Of a stretch of DNA of 52,581 nt, positions 1 to 8,970 are shown piece after piece. The first letter of the stretch is position 1, and every line of letters starts with the position of its first letter. Position numbers and translations under genes: made by a program. The notes below the pieces were generated by a model that did not search any database, was not told where the DNA came from, and was given only the letters and a program-made list of their open reading frames with translations. Source of the stretch: Bryobacteraceae bacterium (lineage in GTDB: Bacteria; Acidobacteriota; Terriglobia; Bryobacterales; Bryobacteraceae); NCBI GenBank assembly GCA_035631275.1, contig DASQJA010000083.1, forward strand, positions 1-52,581, read 5' to 3'.

Positions 1-28
1 AGGCTGGCACCCTGAGCACATCACCATC

Positions 29-709
29 ATGATCCAGCCTCGAGCCGGAGCTTTGCCGGAATTTCAAATCACGAATGACCGCATCGAAGCGACAGCTCCG
101 CCAAGCGTTGGCAGCGCCCGCGTCGAAAACACCACGCCACCAGGACAACCGCATCTTCCTTCGACCATTTTCCTCGGCAAACAGTCATTCGCCGCGCCTA
201 TCCCGACGCTCCATTTCTACCGGCAAACATTTCCGGAAAAGCAGCCGCCCGCGGAAATCGAAAGCGACATCGGCCCATACGTCGAGCGCGACGGAAAAAT
301 CTGGTTTGCGACCACGTTCTACGACGGGGAGGGAACTTCGGGTATCGGTGCGATCGGCGCGTTCGATATCTACTCACGCCGCTATGAGATGCAGTACCTC
401 CCCGAAGTCGTCCATTGGTCTGCCTCGGCCATCCTTTTGGACGGCAATGACCTTTGGATCGGACTCAAGCAACGCCCGGAAGGCGCCGACCGCGGGCGAG
501 GATTGCTGCGCTACAACATCCAAAGTAGCGCGGCTCAAACATTTCCGGTCCCGGATGTCATCTTCACCCTTAACTTCGCTGGCGACGCGCTGTACTGTGG
601 CACCTCGCACGGCCTTTACATGCTGCGCGCCGATCAGCTCATCCAATTGCGCTTCGAGCCCGACGTCAACGGCAAGCTCACGATGATCCCACGGCCGATC
701 GCGAAATAA
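29..709 (+). CDS. hypothetical protein, possibly beta-propeller-like; may begin upstream of the window
   Basis: 226-aa ORF in the track. In-frame codons 2..28 carry no stop, so the frame is open to the window edge. Blade-like segments are present (GKIWFATTFYDG, NDLWIGLK, DALYCGTSHGLYML). No family recognised. Confidence 0.45.
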   Translation: MIQPRAGALPEFQITNDRIEATAPPSVGSARVENTTPPGQPHLPSTIFLGKQSFAAPIPTLHFYRQTFPEKQPPAEIESDIGPYVERDGKIWFATTFYDGEGTSGIGAIGAFDIYSRRYEMQYLPEVVHWSASAILLDGNDLWIGLKQRPEGADRGRGLLRYNIQSSAAQTFPVPDVIFTLNFAGDALYCGTSHGLYMLRADQLIQLRFEPDVNGKLTMIPRPIAK

Positions 710-1163
710 TCTCTTGCACAATATCGGTCGTCGAATAACCCGGCTCAAGCGGCAGCGCCATCACTTTGCCACCCGCCGCCTCCACCTCTTCGCGACCGGC
801 AATGAAATGCGCCCAGTCGGCTCCTTTTACCAGCACATCCGGCAGCACGTCGGCGATCAACTCGCGCGGTGTCTCTTCGTCGAAGAACGTCACCGCGTCC
901 ACGGCTTCAAGCGCGCACGCCAGTTCGGCCCGATCATCCTGCGAAATCATCGGTCGAGTCGGACCTTTCAGCCGCTGGACGCTGGCGTCGGTATTCAGCG
1001 CGAGAATCAAAACGTCCCCGAGCGACCGCGCCCGTTCGAGCAGCCGAATGTGCCCGGGATGCAGAATGTCATAACAGCCGTTGGTGAACACTACGATCTT
1101 GCCGTCGCGCTTCCATTCGGCGCGAAGGTCAATGAGTTCCTGGCGAGAGTAAGTTGATCCCAA
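678..1163 (-). CDS. rfaE2: D-glycero-beta-D-manno-heptose 1-phosphate adenylyltransferase (RfaE domain II, cytidylyltransferase fold)
   Basis: 161 aa with FTNGCYDILHPGHIRLLERARSLGDVLILALNTDASVQRLKG and VKGADW, the typical stand-alone RfaE-II/HldC pattern. Confidence 0.8.
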   Translation of the reverse strand: MGSTYSRQELIDLRAEWKRDGKIVVFTNGCYDILHPGHIRLLERARSLGDVLILALNTDASVQRLKGPTRPMISQDDRAELACALEAVDAVTFFDEETPRELIADVLPDVLVKGADWAHFIAGREEVEAAGGKVMALPLEPGYSTTDIVQEIISRSAVGSS

Positions 1164-1221
1164 CGTTTATTGTAGAAGCAGCAGTAGGCCCTGTTGGTGC
1201 CAACTTCCGATAAGACATATT

Positions 1222-3975
1222 ATGTCTACTTTTGTATCCAACCCGCCTTCCGCCCACCTCCTCGACCTCGAGCTCTCTAAATGGGACTCCGACTTCAACT
1301 TCCTCCTCGAAGCCTTCGTCCGCATGCTCCGCCGCATCCGCTCCCCTGACCTCGCCTCGCTCGTCGCCGAAGTCTTCTCCTCCGCACCTCTCGCTACCTC
1401 GCCGCTTCCCCCAGGCGGCGCGCAAGCCCTCTCCATGGCCTTCCAGCTTCTCAACATGGCCGAGGAAAACACCGCGAATCAGATCCACCGCATGCGCGAA
1501 ACCGCCTCGGGCCCAGCGAGCGAACCCGGCACTTGGCCCTATCAGCTCCAACGTCTCCGCGACGCGGGCTTCGACGAACACGACCTCCGCCGTACGCTCG
1601 CATCCGTCCACGTCCAGCCCGTCCTCACCGCGCATCCCACCGAAGCCAAGCGCCCCTCGGTCCTCGAACGCCACCGCGAGATCTATCTGATGCTGGTCGA
1701 CCGCGAAAATTCCACGAAGACTCCCATGGAACAGCGCGCGCTCGAAGAGCGCCTCGAAAACAGCATCGAGCGACTCTGGCGAACTGGCGAACTGCTCACC
1801 GAGCGCCCCGACGTCGAGTCGGAAATCCGAAACACGCTGCACTATATCGCGAACGTTTTCCCCAGCGCGTTCGATCTCCTCTCGGAACGCTTCCGCCAGT
1901 CTTGGCAATGGATCTTCCCCGGCTCCGACGCGCCGCCCGATCCGCGCCTGACCATCGGGACCTGGGTCGGCGGCGACCGCGACGGCCATCCTTTCGTGAC
2001 CACCGAGGTTACACGCTACGCCCTCGACTCGTTCCGCGCTTGCGCCCTCAACGTCCTCCGCGACGCGCTCCAAAATCTCGCCACCCGCCTCAGCCTCTCC
2101 GACACGGTGCAGCCGGCGCCAAATCAATTGCGCGTCCGCATCGCCGAATACGAAACCTGCACCGCGATCGAGCCTGTCGCGCGCGAACACAGCGACGAAC
2201 CCTGGCGCCGTTTCGTCCACCTCATCTCCTCACGCCTCCCGAAGCCCGGCCGTACGCCCACGCGCCACACTTACCAGTTCCCTTCCGATCTCGAACGCGA
2301 TCTTCAACTGCTCAACACCGCGTTAGGAGACGTCGGCGCCGAACATCTCGCCGTCGCCGAAATAGCACCCGTCGCGCGCCTCGTGCGCGGCTACGGCTTT
2401 CACGGCGCTTCACTCGACATCCGCCAGTCGAGCGCGGTTCACTCGGTCGCCCTAAGCGAGCTCCTCACGATTGCCGGCATCGACGCCGACGGTTTCACCG
2501 ATTGGCCCGAAGACCGCAAGCGCGCCTTGATCGATCGCGAACTCGACTCACCCCGCCCCTTCGCCATTTCCACCGCCCCACTTCCCCCCGAAGCCGACGC
2601 GACCGTGAGCATCCTGCGCCTGATCCGCGACTGGCGCGACCAGCATGGCCCCGCCGCCATCGGCTCCTACATCGTCAGCATGACCCACGCGACGTCAGAC
2701 CTGCTCACGGTCTATCTGCTTGCGCGCGAAGCCGGCCTGGTGCGCAACGCGCCCGAAGGACTGGTCTACGAAATCTCGGTCACGCCGCTTTTTGAAACCA
2801 TCTCCGACCTCGAACACGGCGCCCGCATCCTGGCCGAATTTCTGCGGCATCCAGTGACCGCGCGCACGCTTCGATTCCAGCAGCAACGCGACCAGCGCTC
2901 CCGCCCGCTCCAGGAAGTCATGATCGGCTACAGCGACAGCAACAAGGACGGCGGTATTCTCGCCAGCCACTGGCTTCTTCGCAGAGCGCAAACGCAGCTC
3001 TCCGATGTCGCGCGAGAGGCCGGAGTCGAGGTGCAATTTTTCCACGGCCGCGGCGGCACCATCGGCCGCGGCGCAGGACCCACGCACGTCTTTCTCGAGT
3101 CGCAGGCGCCCCGCACGCTCGAAGGTGAGATGCGCGTTACCGAACAAGGCGAGGTGATCTCGCAAAAGTACGCCAACCGCCTGACAGCCGCCACACACCT
3201 GGAGCGTCTTCTCGCCGGCGTCACTCGCTGGACGCTGATGCAGTCGCGCGAAACGGAACCAATCGATCCCGAGCTCGAAGCCGCCTTTGAACAAGCTGTG
3301 CCCGTCAGCCACCGCGCGTATCGCCAGTTGATCGACGCACCCGGCTTCATCGAGTTTTTCTCTCAGGCCACGCCCATCGACGCAATCGAGTGCAGCCATA
3401 TCGGCTCTCGCCCGTCGCGCCGCACCGGAGGGCGCAGTTTCGCCGACCTCCGCGCCATCCCCTGGGTCTTCAGTTGGAGCCAGGCGCGTTTCAACCTGCC
3501 GGGCTGGTATGGACTCGGCGCGGCCTTCGCTAATCTGCGCGAGCATCACGAGCCTTTGTGGCGCGCGCTCCTCCGCCACGCCCGAACCTGGCCATTTCTC
3601 TCATATCTGGCACACAATGTCGAGTTCAGCGTGGTGGCCGCCGACCCCGTCCTCATGGATGAATACGCCGCTTTAGTCGACGACGAAGAAATCCGCGCGC
3701 GCTTCATGACGGCGATCAAAGACGAATACACACGCACGCTCGATGTTCTCGACGAACTGCTCGGCGGCCACCGCGCCACCCGGCGGCCGCGCCTGATTAA
3801 AGCCATCACAATTCGCCGTCACGCCCTCACGCGACTGCACCGTGAACAAATCCGGCTGCTCCGCGATTGGCGCGCCGCCACCCGTGATTCCCGGAGCGAC
3901 GAAGCCGACCGGCTCCTCACCGCTCTCCTGGTCACCGTCAACGCAATCGCGGGAGGGTTGAAAACTACCGGCTAG
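1222..3975 (+). CDS. ppc: phosphoenolpyruvate carboxylase
   Basis: 917 aa with the hallmark motifs VLTAHPTEAKR, GYSDSNKDGG and FHGRGGTIGRGAGP, and the C-terminal ...GLKTTG. Confidence 0.95.
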   Translation: MSTFVSNPPSAHLLDLELSKWDSDFNFLLEAFVRMLRRIRSPDLASLVAEVFSSAPLATSPLPPGGAQALSMAFQLLNMAEENTANQIHRMRETASGPASEPGTWPYQLQRLRDAGFDEHDLRRTLASVHVQPVLTAHPTEAKRPSVLERHREIYLMLVDRENSTKTPMEQRALEERLENSIERLWRTGELLTERPDVESEIRNTLHYIANVFPSAFDLLSERFRQSWQWIFPGSDAPPDPRLTIGTWVGGDRDGHPFVTTEVTRYALDSFRACALNVLRDALQNLATRLSLSDTVQPAPNQLRVRIAEYETCTAIEPVAREHSDEPWRRFVHLISSRLPKPGRTPTRHTYQFPSDLERDLQLLNTALGDVGAEHLAVAEIAPVARLVRGYGFHGASLDIRQSSAVHSVALSELLTIAGIDADGFTDWPEDRKRALIDRELDSPRPFAISTAPLPPEADATVSILRLIRDWRDQHGPAAIGSYIVSMTHATSDLLTVYLLAREAGLVRNAPEGLVYEISVTPLFETISDLEHGARILAEFLRHPVTARTLRFQQQRDQRSRPLQEVMIGYSDSNKDGGILASHWLLRRAQTQLSDVAREAGVEVQFFHGRGGTIGRGAGPTHVFLESQAPRTLEGEMRVTEQGEVISQKYANRLTAATHLERLLAGVTRWTLMQSRETEPIDPELEAAFEQAVPVSHRAYRQLIDAPGFIEFFSQATPIDAIECSHIGSRPSRRTGGRSFADLRAIPWVFSWSQARFNLPGWYGLGAAFANLREHHEPLWRALLRHARTWPFLSYLAHNVEFSVVAADPVLMDEYAALVDDEEIRARFMTAIKDEYTRTLDVLDELLGGHRATRRPRLIKAITIRRHALTRLHREQIRLLRDWRAATRDSRSDEADRLLTALLVTVNAIAGGLKTTG

Positions 3976-3979
3976 CTTT

Positions 3980-4009
3980 TCCACATCTTACTGTGGAGTA
4001 GACTGTGGA
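3980..4009. promoter_or_regulatory. candidate operator of the downstream antitoxin-toxin pair (direct plus inverted repeat)
   Basis: ACTGTGGA occurs twice (3990-3997 and 4002-4009). TCCACA (3980-3985) is inverted relative to TGTGGA (3992-3997). The element lies 13 nt upstream of the antitoxin ATG at 4022. Confidence 0.3.
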
Positions 4010-4021
4010 TAGAGCTCCATA

Positions 4022-4258
4022 ATGGCAACTACGATCCAACTCGTCCTTGACAAAACGCTCCTCAAAGCGGCCGACGCTGCCGCCAGGCGCCGCAGGGTGA
4101 ACCGATCTGCCTTGATCCGGGAAGCACTCGAAGCACACCTTACTCGCCTCCGCGAGCGCGAGCTCGAAGAACGCGATCGCCGAGGCTATCGCGCACGGCC
4201 GCAACGCGAAAACGATTACCGCGCCTTGGAGGATATCGCCGCATGGCCGCGCCGCTAG
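4022..4258 (+). CDS. ribbon-helix-helix (CopG/MazE-like) type II antitoxin
   Basis: 78 aa. The pattern ...RRRRVNRSALIREALEAHL... is a typical RHH strand-helix. It overlaps the downstream toxin gene by 16 nt. Confidence 0.7.
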   Translation: MATTIQLVLDKTLLKAADAAARRRRVNRSALIREALEAHLTRLRERELEERDRRGYRARPQRENDYRALEDIAAWPRR

Positions 4259-4569
4259 CCCGCGGCGAAATCCGCCTATGCCGCTTCCCTCCTCCTGATA
4301 AACAACGCCCGGTCCTTGTCCTCACACGTTCAGCCGCGATTCGGTACTTAGGCACCGTAACAGTCGCACCCATCACATCGACCATCCGCGATGTGCCGTC
4401 GGAGGTGATCCTGGACGTCGAAGACGGAATGAAGCGCCGCTGCGCGGTCAACCTGCACAACGCGGTCACCATTTCCCAAACGCGAGTGGGTACGCGCGTC
4501 GCCAGCCTTAGTGCAGTCCGCATGGATGAAGTCTGCGCCGCGCTCCGTTTCGCGCTAGGCTGCGGCTAA
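4243..4569 (+). CDS. MazF/PemK-family type II toxin (mRNA interferase)
   Basis: 108 aa with RGEIRLCRFPPPDKQRPVLVLT...VTVAPITSTIRDVPSEV...NLHNAVTISQTRV, matching the PemK/MazF consensus layout (RGDI..., ...aPiTs...). Confidence 0.75.
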   Translation: MAAPLARGEIRLCRFPPPDKQRPVLVLTRSAAIRYLGTVTVAPITSTIRDVPSEVILDVEDGMKRRCAVNLHNAVTISQTRVGTRVASLSAVRMDEVCAALRFALGCG

Positions 4570-4588
4570 CGAAACGAGCAACTTAGAA

Positions 4589-5224
4589 ATGCCCGCTCGC
4601 TGGAGCGAATCCTTCATCCTCCAAACGTACCCCTTCCGCGAATCTGACCTCATCGTCTCCTTCTTCACTCGCGACCAAGGCAAACTCCGCGGAGTCGCCC
4701 GACGCGCCCGCCGACCCAAATCCCCCTTCGGCTCCGCCCTCGAACGCCTCTCTCATGCCACCGTCTCCTACTATCAAAAGGAAAACCGCGAGCTCGTCAA
4801 CCTCAACTCCTGCGACCTCCTCCACTCCCAATTCACCCTCGCCTCCAACTATGAATCGAGCGTCGCGCTCGACTACCTCGCCGAGGTCACCGAGCAACTC
4901 CTCCCCCCCGCCGAAACCAACGAGCGTCACTTCCGCCTCCTGATCGCCACGCTCGACTACCTCCGCGCCGGCGGCAACCCCTTCACCGCCGCCACCTACT
5001 TCGCCCTCTGGGCTGTCCGCCTCGCCGGCTTTCTTCCCGACGTTTACGTCAAACCCGAATCGCGCGACATCGCCGAAGAAATGCTGGGCACCCCTATCCA
5101 CGCCCTCACTCCACGCTCCTGGACCAAGGAGACCGCCTCCGACCTCCGCCGCCTCCTCAACCGCCTGATCGAGGAACACGCCGAACGCAAACTCCGCACG
5201 CCAGCCGCGCTGGAGTCGTTGTGA
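4589..5224 (+). CDS. recO: DNA repair protein RecO
   Basis: 211 aa. The N-terminal ...SFILQTYPFRESDLIVSFFTRDQGKLRGVARRARRPKS... is an OB-fold RecO pattern. Confidence 0.85.
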   Translation: MPARWSESFILQTYPFRESDLIVSFFTRDQGKLRGVARRARRPKSPFGSALERLSHATVSYYQKENRELVNLNSCDLLHSQFTLASNYESSVALDYLAEVTEQLLPPAETNERHFRLLIATLDYLRAGGNPFTAATYFALWAVRLAGFLPDVYVKPESRDIAEEMLGTPIHALTPRSWTKETASDLRRLLNRLIEEHAERKLRTPAALESL

Positions 5225-5468
5225 GCTAGTTTCGTCCAGCCTCTGCAAGACGTCTCGCGTCGCGACGCACCTGAAAAAATCGCGACTAACGTCATCAAGC
5301 CCCAGAACACAAAGCCGAATTTTCGAAGGAAGTCGGTACTGAACCAGCCGGCGCCACCGACCTAGAGACCGAACATCGCGGAAATCATGGCAAAGAAAAC
5401 ACACGACCACAGGAATTGCCCCGCGGCGGATCGCTTTTCCTTACGCGTCCGGCACGCTAAATCCCACA

Positions 5469-5497
5469 TTGACTTCACGCAACATATTTGCTACAAA
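5469..5497 (+). promoter_or_regulatory. candidate sigma70-type promoter for the TonB-dependent receptor gene
   Basis: TTGACT (5469-5474), a 17-nt spacer, then TACAAA (5492-5497). A GGGAG Shine-Dalgarno sits about 10 nt before the ATG at 5625. Confidence 0.3.
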
Positions 5498-5624
5498 CAA
5501 CCAATCCTAGTTTGATTCAATGCCTTGGTCCGCGGGGATCGCCTTTCCAGGGCACGTGATTTACAACCAAGTCCGTTGCCTTACCTGACGCCGTCGTCGA
5601 GTTCAGATCTCAGGGAGTCAGCCG

Positions 5625-8600
5625 ATGCCAATTCAGTCAAGTTTCCGCCTTTTCCGTCTCGCCGCCGCAGCGAGCCTCATCCTCACCGCGTCAGCATTCG
5701 CACAATCCACCGGCGCCATCCAGGGAACCGTCACCGACGCCACCGGCGCGGTCGTTCCCAACGCAGTCGTTAGCGTCAAGGATCCGGATCACGGCGTCGC
5801 GCGCGAACTGGCCACCGACTCGGCCGGCATCTACTTCGTCCCGTCTCTGCCCGTCGGCACCTACAGTGTCGAGGTAAAAGCTTCCGGTCTCGCCGCGACC
5901 GCGGCCCGCGGCCTGATCGTCGAAGTCGGCTCTACCGTGAAACAGGACTTCACCCTCACCGTCGCCTCTTCTACGCAGACCATCGAAGTCCAAGCCAGTG
6001 CGGCGCTCGTCGACACCAGCACCGCCTCCGTGGGATCGGTGGTCAATCAGCGCAGTGTGCAGGAAATTCCGCTGAACGGCCGTCATTTCGTCGATCTCGC
6101 CCAACTCACTACCGGCACTGTCACCGGCCCGGCCAACGGCAATCTCACCACACCGCTGCGTGGCCAAGGCACTTTCTCGTTCGACTCCGCCGGAGGCCGC
6201 GAGGATACCGTGAACTTCATGGTCAACGGCATCAATATGAACGACCCGAACAACCAGCAGGTCACCTTCCAGCCGACCATTAACACCGTCGACGAGTTCG
6301 TCATTGACAATTCCACCTTCAGCGCCGAATACGGCCGCAACTCCGGTTCCATCGTCAACGTCGCCACGCGGCCCGGCGTCGACGTTTGGCACGGCGAGGC
6401 CTACGAATTTGTCCGCAACAACGATCTCGACGCGCGCAACTTCTCCAATCCTTCGGGCACTCCGCAGGCTCAATTCATCCGCAACCAGTTCGGCGGCGAT
6501 GCCGGCGGCGCAATTAAGAAAGACAAGACATTCGTGTATCTGAGCTACGAAGGATTGCGGCAGCGCCAGGCGGTACCGGGCTCACCGGTCACCCTGACCA
6601 CTGCCCAGGTCGCACAAGCTCAGGCCTCCAGCGACGCAGCCATCAAAGCGCTATTGCCATTGATTCCCGCGCCCAACGCCGGTACCAACCAATACACCTT
6701 CTCGGCTTCGGCGCCCGTGAACATCTCCCAAGGCACTGTCAACTTTAGCCAGATCCTCACCTCCGCCCAGCGGCTCAACGTCTATTACGCCATCCAGCAG
6801 GACTTCCGCCATGAGCCGCCCGCCACCGACGGCAACAGTTTTCCTAACGAAGGCGACCAGCGCGGCGGCCGCCGCCAGCTCATCAGCATCAACGAAACCG
6901 CTGTCATCAGTCCTACGCTGGTCAACGAAGCTCGCTTGGGCGCGAATCGCATTTACATCTCGTTTACGCCCGATAACCAAAGCAATCCGTTGAATTACAA
7001 CATTAATGACGGCGTTACCACGCCTATCGGGCTTCCGCAAATCACGGTTTCCGGCGCCTTCACATTTGGCAGCAGCGCGCTTTCCGCGCGCGGCGATCTC
7101 ACCACCGTCCTCTCGGACACGCTGAGCTGGACTCACGGAAATCACACCATCAAGTTCGGCGGAGAAGAGCGACGCGAGAATAGCAACAACATTACTACCT
7201 CACCGGGAACGTTCACTTTTCCCAGCATCGCCGCGTTTCTAGCCGACCAAGCCAGCGCCTTTTCGACCACCACTTCGAACCGGTCGAACCGCTCCTATGA
7301 GAACGCACTCGGCCTGTTTGCAACCGACTCCTGGAAGGTCACGCGCAATCTCACGTTCACGCTCGGCATGCGATACGAGTGGAACTCGACACCCACCGAA
7401 GGGGGAGGACGCTACGTCGTGTTCGATCCCAGCACCGTTACGCTCCAACATGTCGGAAGCGACGGCGGACCTGGCAACGTTTATAACCAAAGGGCGCTCA
7501 ATTTCGAACCTCGCATCGGCTTCGCGCTCGATCCGTTCAAAGACCACAAAACCATCATCCGCGGCGCATACGCCATCATGGTCGATCAACCTGGTTTCGG
7601 CCTGGTCACCAGCCTGGTGAATAATCCACCCTACGCGGTTCCTCTCTCTTCGACGGCCTCGGGCCTGTCGCTGTTGAATGCCTACAACCTCGCCGCCGGG
7701 AGCGTCTCGCCGATTTCAGTCGCGCATAACTACAAAGACGCCTATATTTCCCAATGGAACTTCGGTGTCGAGCACCAACTCGGCAACAGCTACAAATTTG
7801 CGCTTCGATACGTGGGCAGCAAAGGCACCGACCTGAACATCGCGCGTAACTATAACCAGTTGATCAACGGCGCGCGCCCATATCCACGTCTTTCTCTGAA
7901 CAGTCCCATCGATCCCGGCTTGGCGCTTTCGAACATCACTGTGTTTGAAAGCGCCGGCAACTCGTCCTACAACGCGCTATGGGTGACGGCTGAAAAACGC
8001 TTCTCCAAGGGACTCCAGTTCAATGTCGCCGAGAGCTGGTCCAAATCCATTGACGAAAACTCCCGCAATTTTCAGGCAGTGGTCGTCCAGGACAGCAATA
8101 ATATCGCGAACGATCGCGGCCTTTCCGACTTCGACACCAGAAACCGCATCGTGATCAGCGGAGTTTACGAACTGCCCTTCAAAGGCAACCGTTTCATGGA
8201 AGGCTGGCAGCTTTCGCTGATCGAAACCACGCAGAGCGGAAACCCGCTCAACTTCCGCACGACCACTAGTGGATTCACTGGCAATGCGAACCTGCGTCCG
8301 AACGTGACGGGCCCGGTGATCACTGGCCTCTTCCCGTCCCCGAACGGCAGCCCGCTCACCGTCGGCTACATCCAGAACCCGACGGTCTTCGTGAACCAGG
8401 GCAATGCCTTCGGGAATTTGGGTCGAAACGTTATCACCGGCCCCGGCTGGTCCAACCTAGATTTCGCGCTAGTGAAGAACACGCGCATCACGGAGCGCTT
8501 CCGGCTCCAGGTGCGCGCGGACGCATTCGATTCGCTCAATCAAGTAAATTTCACCAACCCCGTGACGACCCTCGGATCTTCAACGCTCGGCCTGATCACG

Positions 8601-8675
8601 GGCGGCACGCGATTCGCTGCCGGCGACTTCGGCACGTCGCGCCAGTTGCAGCTATCGATGAAGCTTTTGTTTTGA
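5625..8675 (+). CDS. TonB-dependent outer-membrane receptor with N-terminal carboxypeptidase-regulatory-like domain
   Basis: 1016 aa. Signal peptide (…LTASAFAQS), a CarboxypepD_reg-like segment GAIQGTVTDATGAVVPNAVVSVKD...GIYFVPSLPVGTYSVEVKASG, a long beta-barrel, and a terminal ...LSMKLLF. Confidence 0.85.
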   Translation: MPIQSSFRLFRLAAAASLILTASAFAQSTGAIQGTVTDATGAVVPNAVVSVKDPDHGVARELATDSAGIYFVPSLPVGTYSVEVKASGLAATAARGLIVEVGSTVKQDFTLTVASSTQTIEVQASAALVDTSTASVGSVVNQRSVQEIPLNGRHFVDLAQLTTGTVTGPANGNLTTPLRGQGTFSFDSAGGREDTVNFMVNGINMNDPNNQQVTFQPTINTVDEFVIDNSTFSAEYGRNSGSIVNVATRPGVDVWHGEAYEFVRNNDLDARNFSNPSGTPQAQFIRNQFGGDAGGAIKKDKTFVYLSYEGLRQRQAVPGSPVTLTTAQVAQAQASSDAAIKALLPLIPAPNAGTNQYTFSASAPVNISQGTVNFSQILTSAQRLNVYYAIQQDFRHEPPATDGNSFPNEGDQRGGRRQLISINETAVISPTLVNEARLGANRIYISFTPDNQSNPLNYNINDGVTTPIGLPQITVSGAFTFGSSALSARGDLTTVLSDTLSWTHGNHTIKFGGEERRENSNNITTSPGTFTFPSIAAFLADQASAFSTTTSNRSNRSYENALGLFATDSWKVTRNLTFTLGMRYEWNSTPTEGGGRYVVFDPSTVTLQHVGSDGGPGNVYNQRALNFEPRIGFALDPFKDHKTIIRGAYAIMVDQPGFGLVTSLVNNPPYAVPLSSTASGLSLLNAYNLAAGSVSPISVAHNYKDAYISQWNFGVEHQLGNSYKFALRYVGSKGTDLNIARNYNQLINGARPYPRLSLNSPIDPGLALSNITVFESAGNSSYNALWVTAEKRFSKGLQFNVAESWSKSIDENSRNFQAVVVQDSNNIANDRGLSDFDTRNRIVISGVYELPFKGNRFMEGWQLSLIETTQSGNPLNFRTTTSGFTGNANLRPNVTGPVITGLFPSPNGSPLTVGYIQNPTVFVNQGNAFGNLGRNVITGPGWSNLDFALVKNTRITERFRLQVRADAFDSLNQVNFTNPVTTLGSSTLGLITGGTRFAAGDFGTSRQLQLSMKLLF

Positions 8676-8783
8676 GCGAAGCCGCGCTAAGGCAGACTCA
8701 AGCGAGCCGCGATCCCGAATCCCTGGCGCTCCGCCGAACCGGGCGATCAATATCGCATGCGCAATGATGACTTCACACACCAT
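8652..8783 (-). pseudogene. truncated Doc (Fic-family death-on-curing) toxin remnant
   Basis: The minus-strand reading from the ATG at 8783 gives MVCEVIIAHAILIARFGGAPGIRDRGSLESALAR..., which matches the Doc N-terminal consensus (iH..li..fGG..GiRD.g.LesAl.rP). The frame then runs antisense into the 3' end of the receptor gene and stops after 43 codons. The Fic core is absent. Confidence 0.45.
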
Positions 8784-8970
8784 TCGAGAGATCGTCACTG
8801 CGCCAGGTGGCGTAGCAATTCAGGATGCTGGTTGAGAACTCTTCAACCGCACTGAGAAACGGCGAACGAGGGCGCGCCTTCGCTTTGAGGAACTCCAAGA
8901 ACTCTCTGACTGACTCCTGTTCCACAGGGGTGAGAGATTGAATCGCATCAACCAGGCTCTCTGCGCCCAT
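8773..8970 (-). CDS. small Phd-like/DUF2281-like antitoxin, probable frameshifted C-terminus
   Basis: 65 codons, MGAESLVDAIQSLTPVEQESVREFLEFLKAK.... Its ATG overlaps the stop of the upstream gene (TAATG at 8968-8972, minus strand). An alternative frame from about 8836 reads LNQHPELLRHLAQ* (stop 8797-8795), which looks like the expected family C-terminus. Confidence 0.45.
   Translation of the reverse strand: MGAESLVDAIQSLTPVEQESVREFLEFLKAKARPRSPFLSAVEEFSTSILNCYATWRSDDLSNGV

Noticed and set aside
1129-2795. Long ORFs overlapping ppc on the opposite strand or in another frame (1129-2220 minus, 363 aa; 1533-2795 plus, 420 aa).
   Set aside because: They are Arg/Pro/Ala/Gly-rich low-complexity translations typical of off-frame readings of high-GC coding DNA, and ppc fully explains the region. 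The same reasoning applies to 4583-5410(-), 10491-11204(+), 20563-21438(-), 23505-24134(-), 25914-26639(-), 26960-28066(+), 35256-35885(-), 46601-47209(-) and similar track entries.
5257-5268. Perfect 12-nt palindrome GCGTCGCGACGC just after recO, considered as a terminator.
   Set aside because: The stem is short and is followed by an A-run rather than a U-tract on the plus strand. On the minus strand the T-run precedes the hairpin. It is not a convincing intrinsic terminator in either direction.
5226-5395. Possible GlsB/YeaQ-type small membrane protein relic on the minus strand between recO and the receptor gene (…AMISAMFGL*VGGAGWFSTDFLRKFGFVFWGLMTLVAIF…).
   Set aside because: It needs an in-frame TAG readthrough, has no N-terminal helix or start codon, and needs a further shift in a T6 run to avoid overlapping recO. 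The similarity is too thin to call.
7421-7430. GTTCGATCCC, a tRNA T-loop-like motif.
   Set aside because: It lies inside the TonB-receptor coding frame with no acceptor or anticodon arm context. I found no tRNA-like cloverleaf in any intergenic region, and no rRNA.
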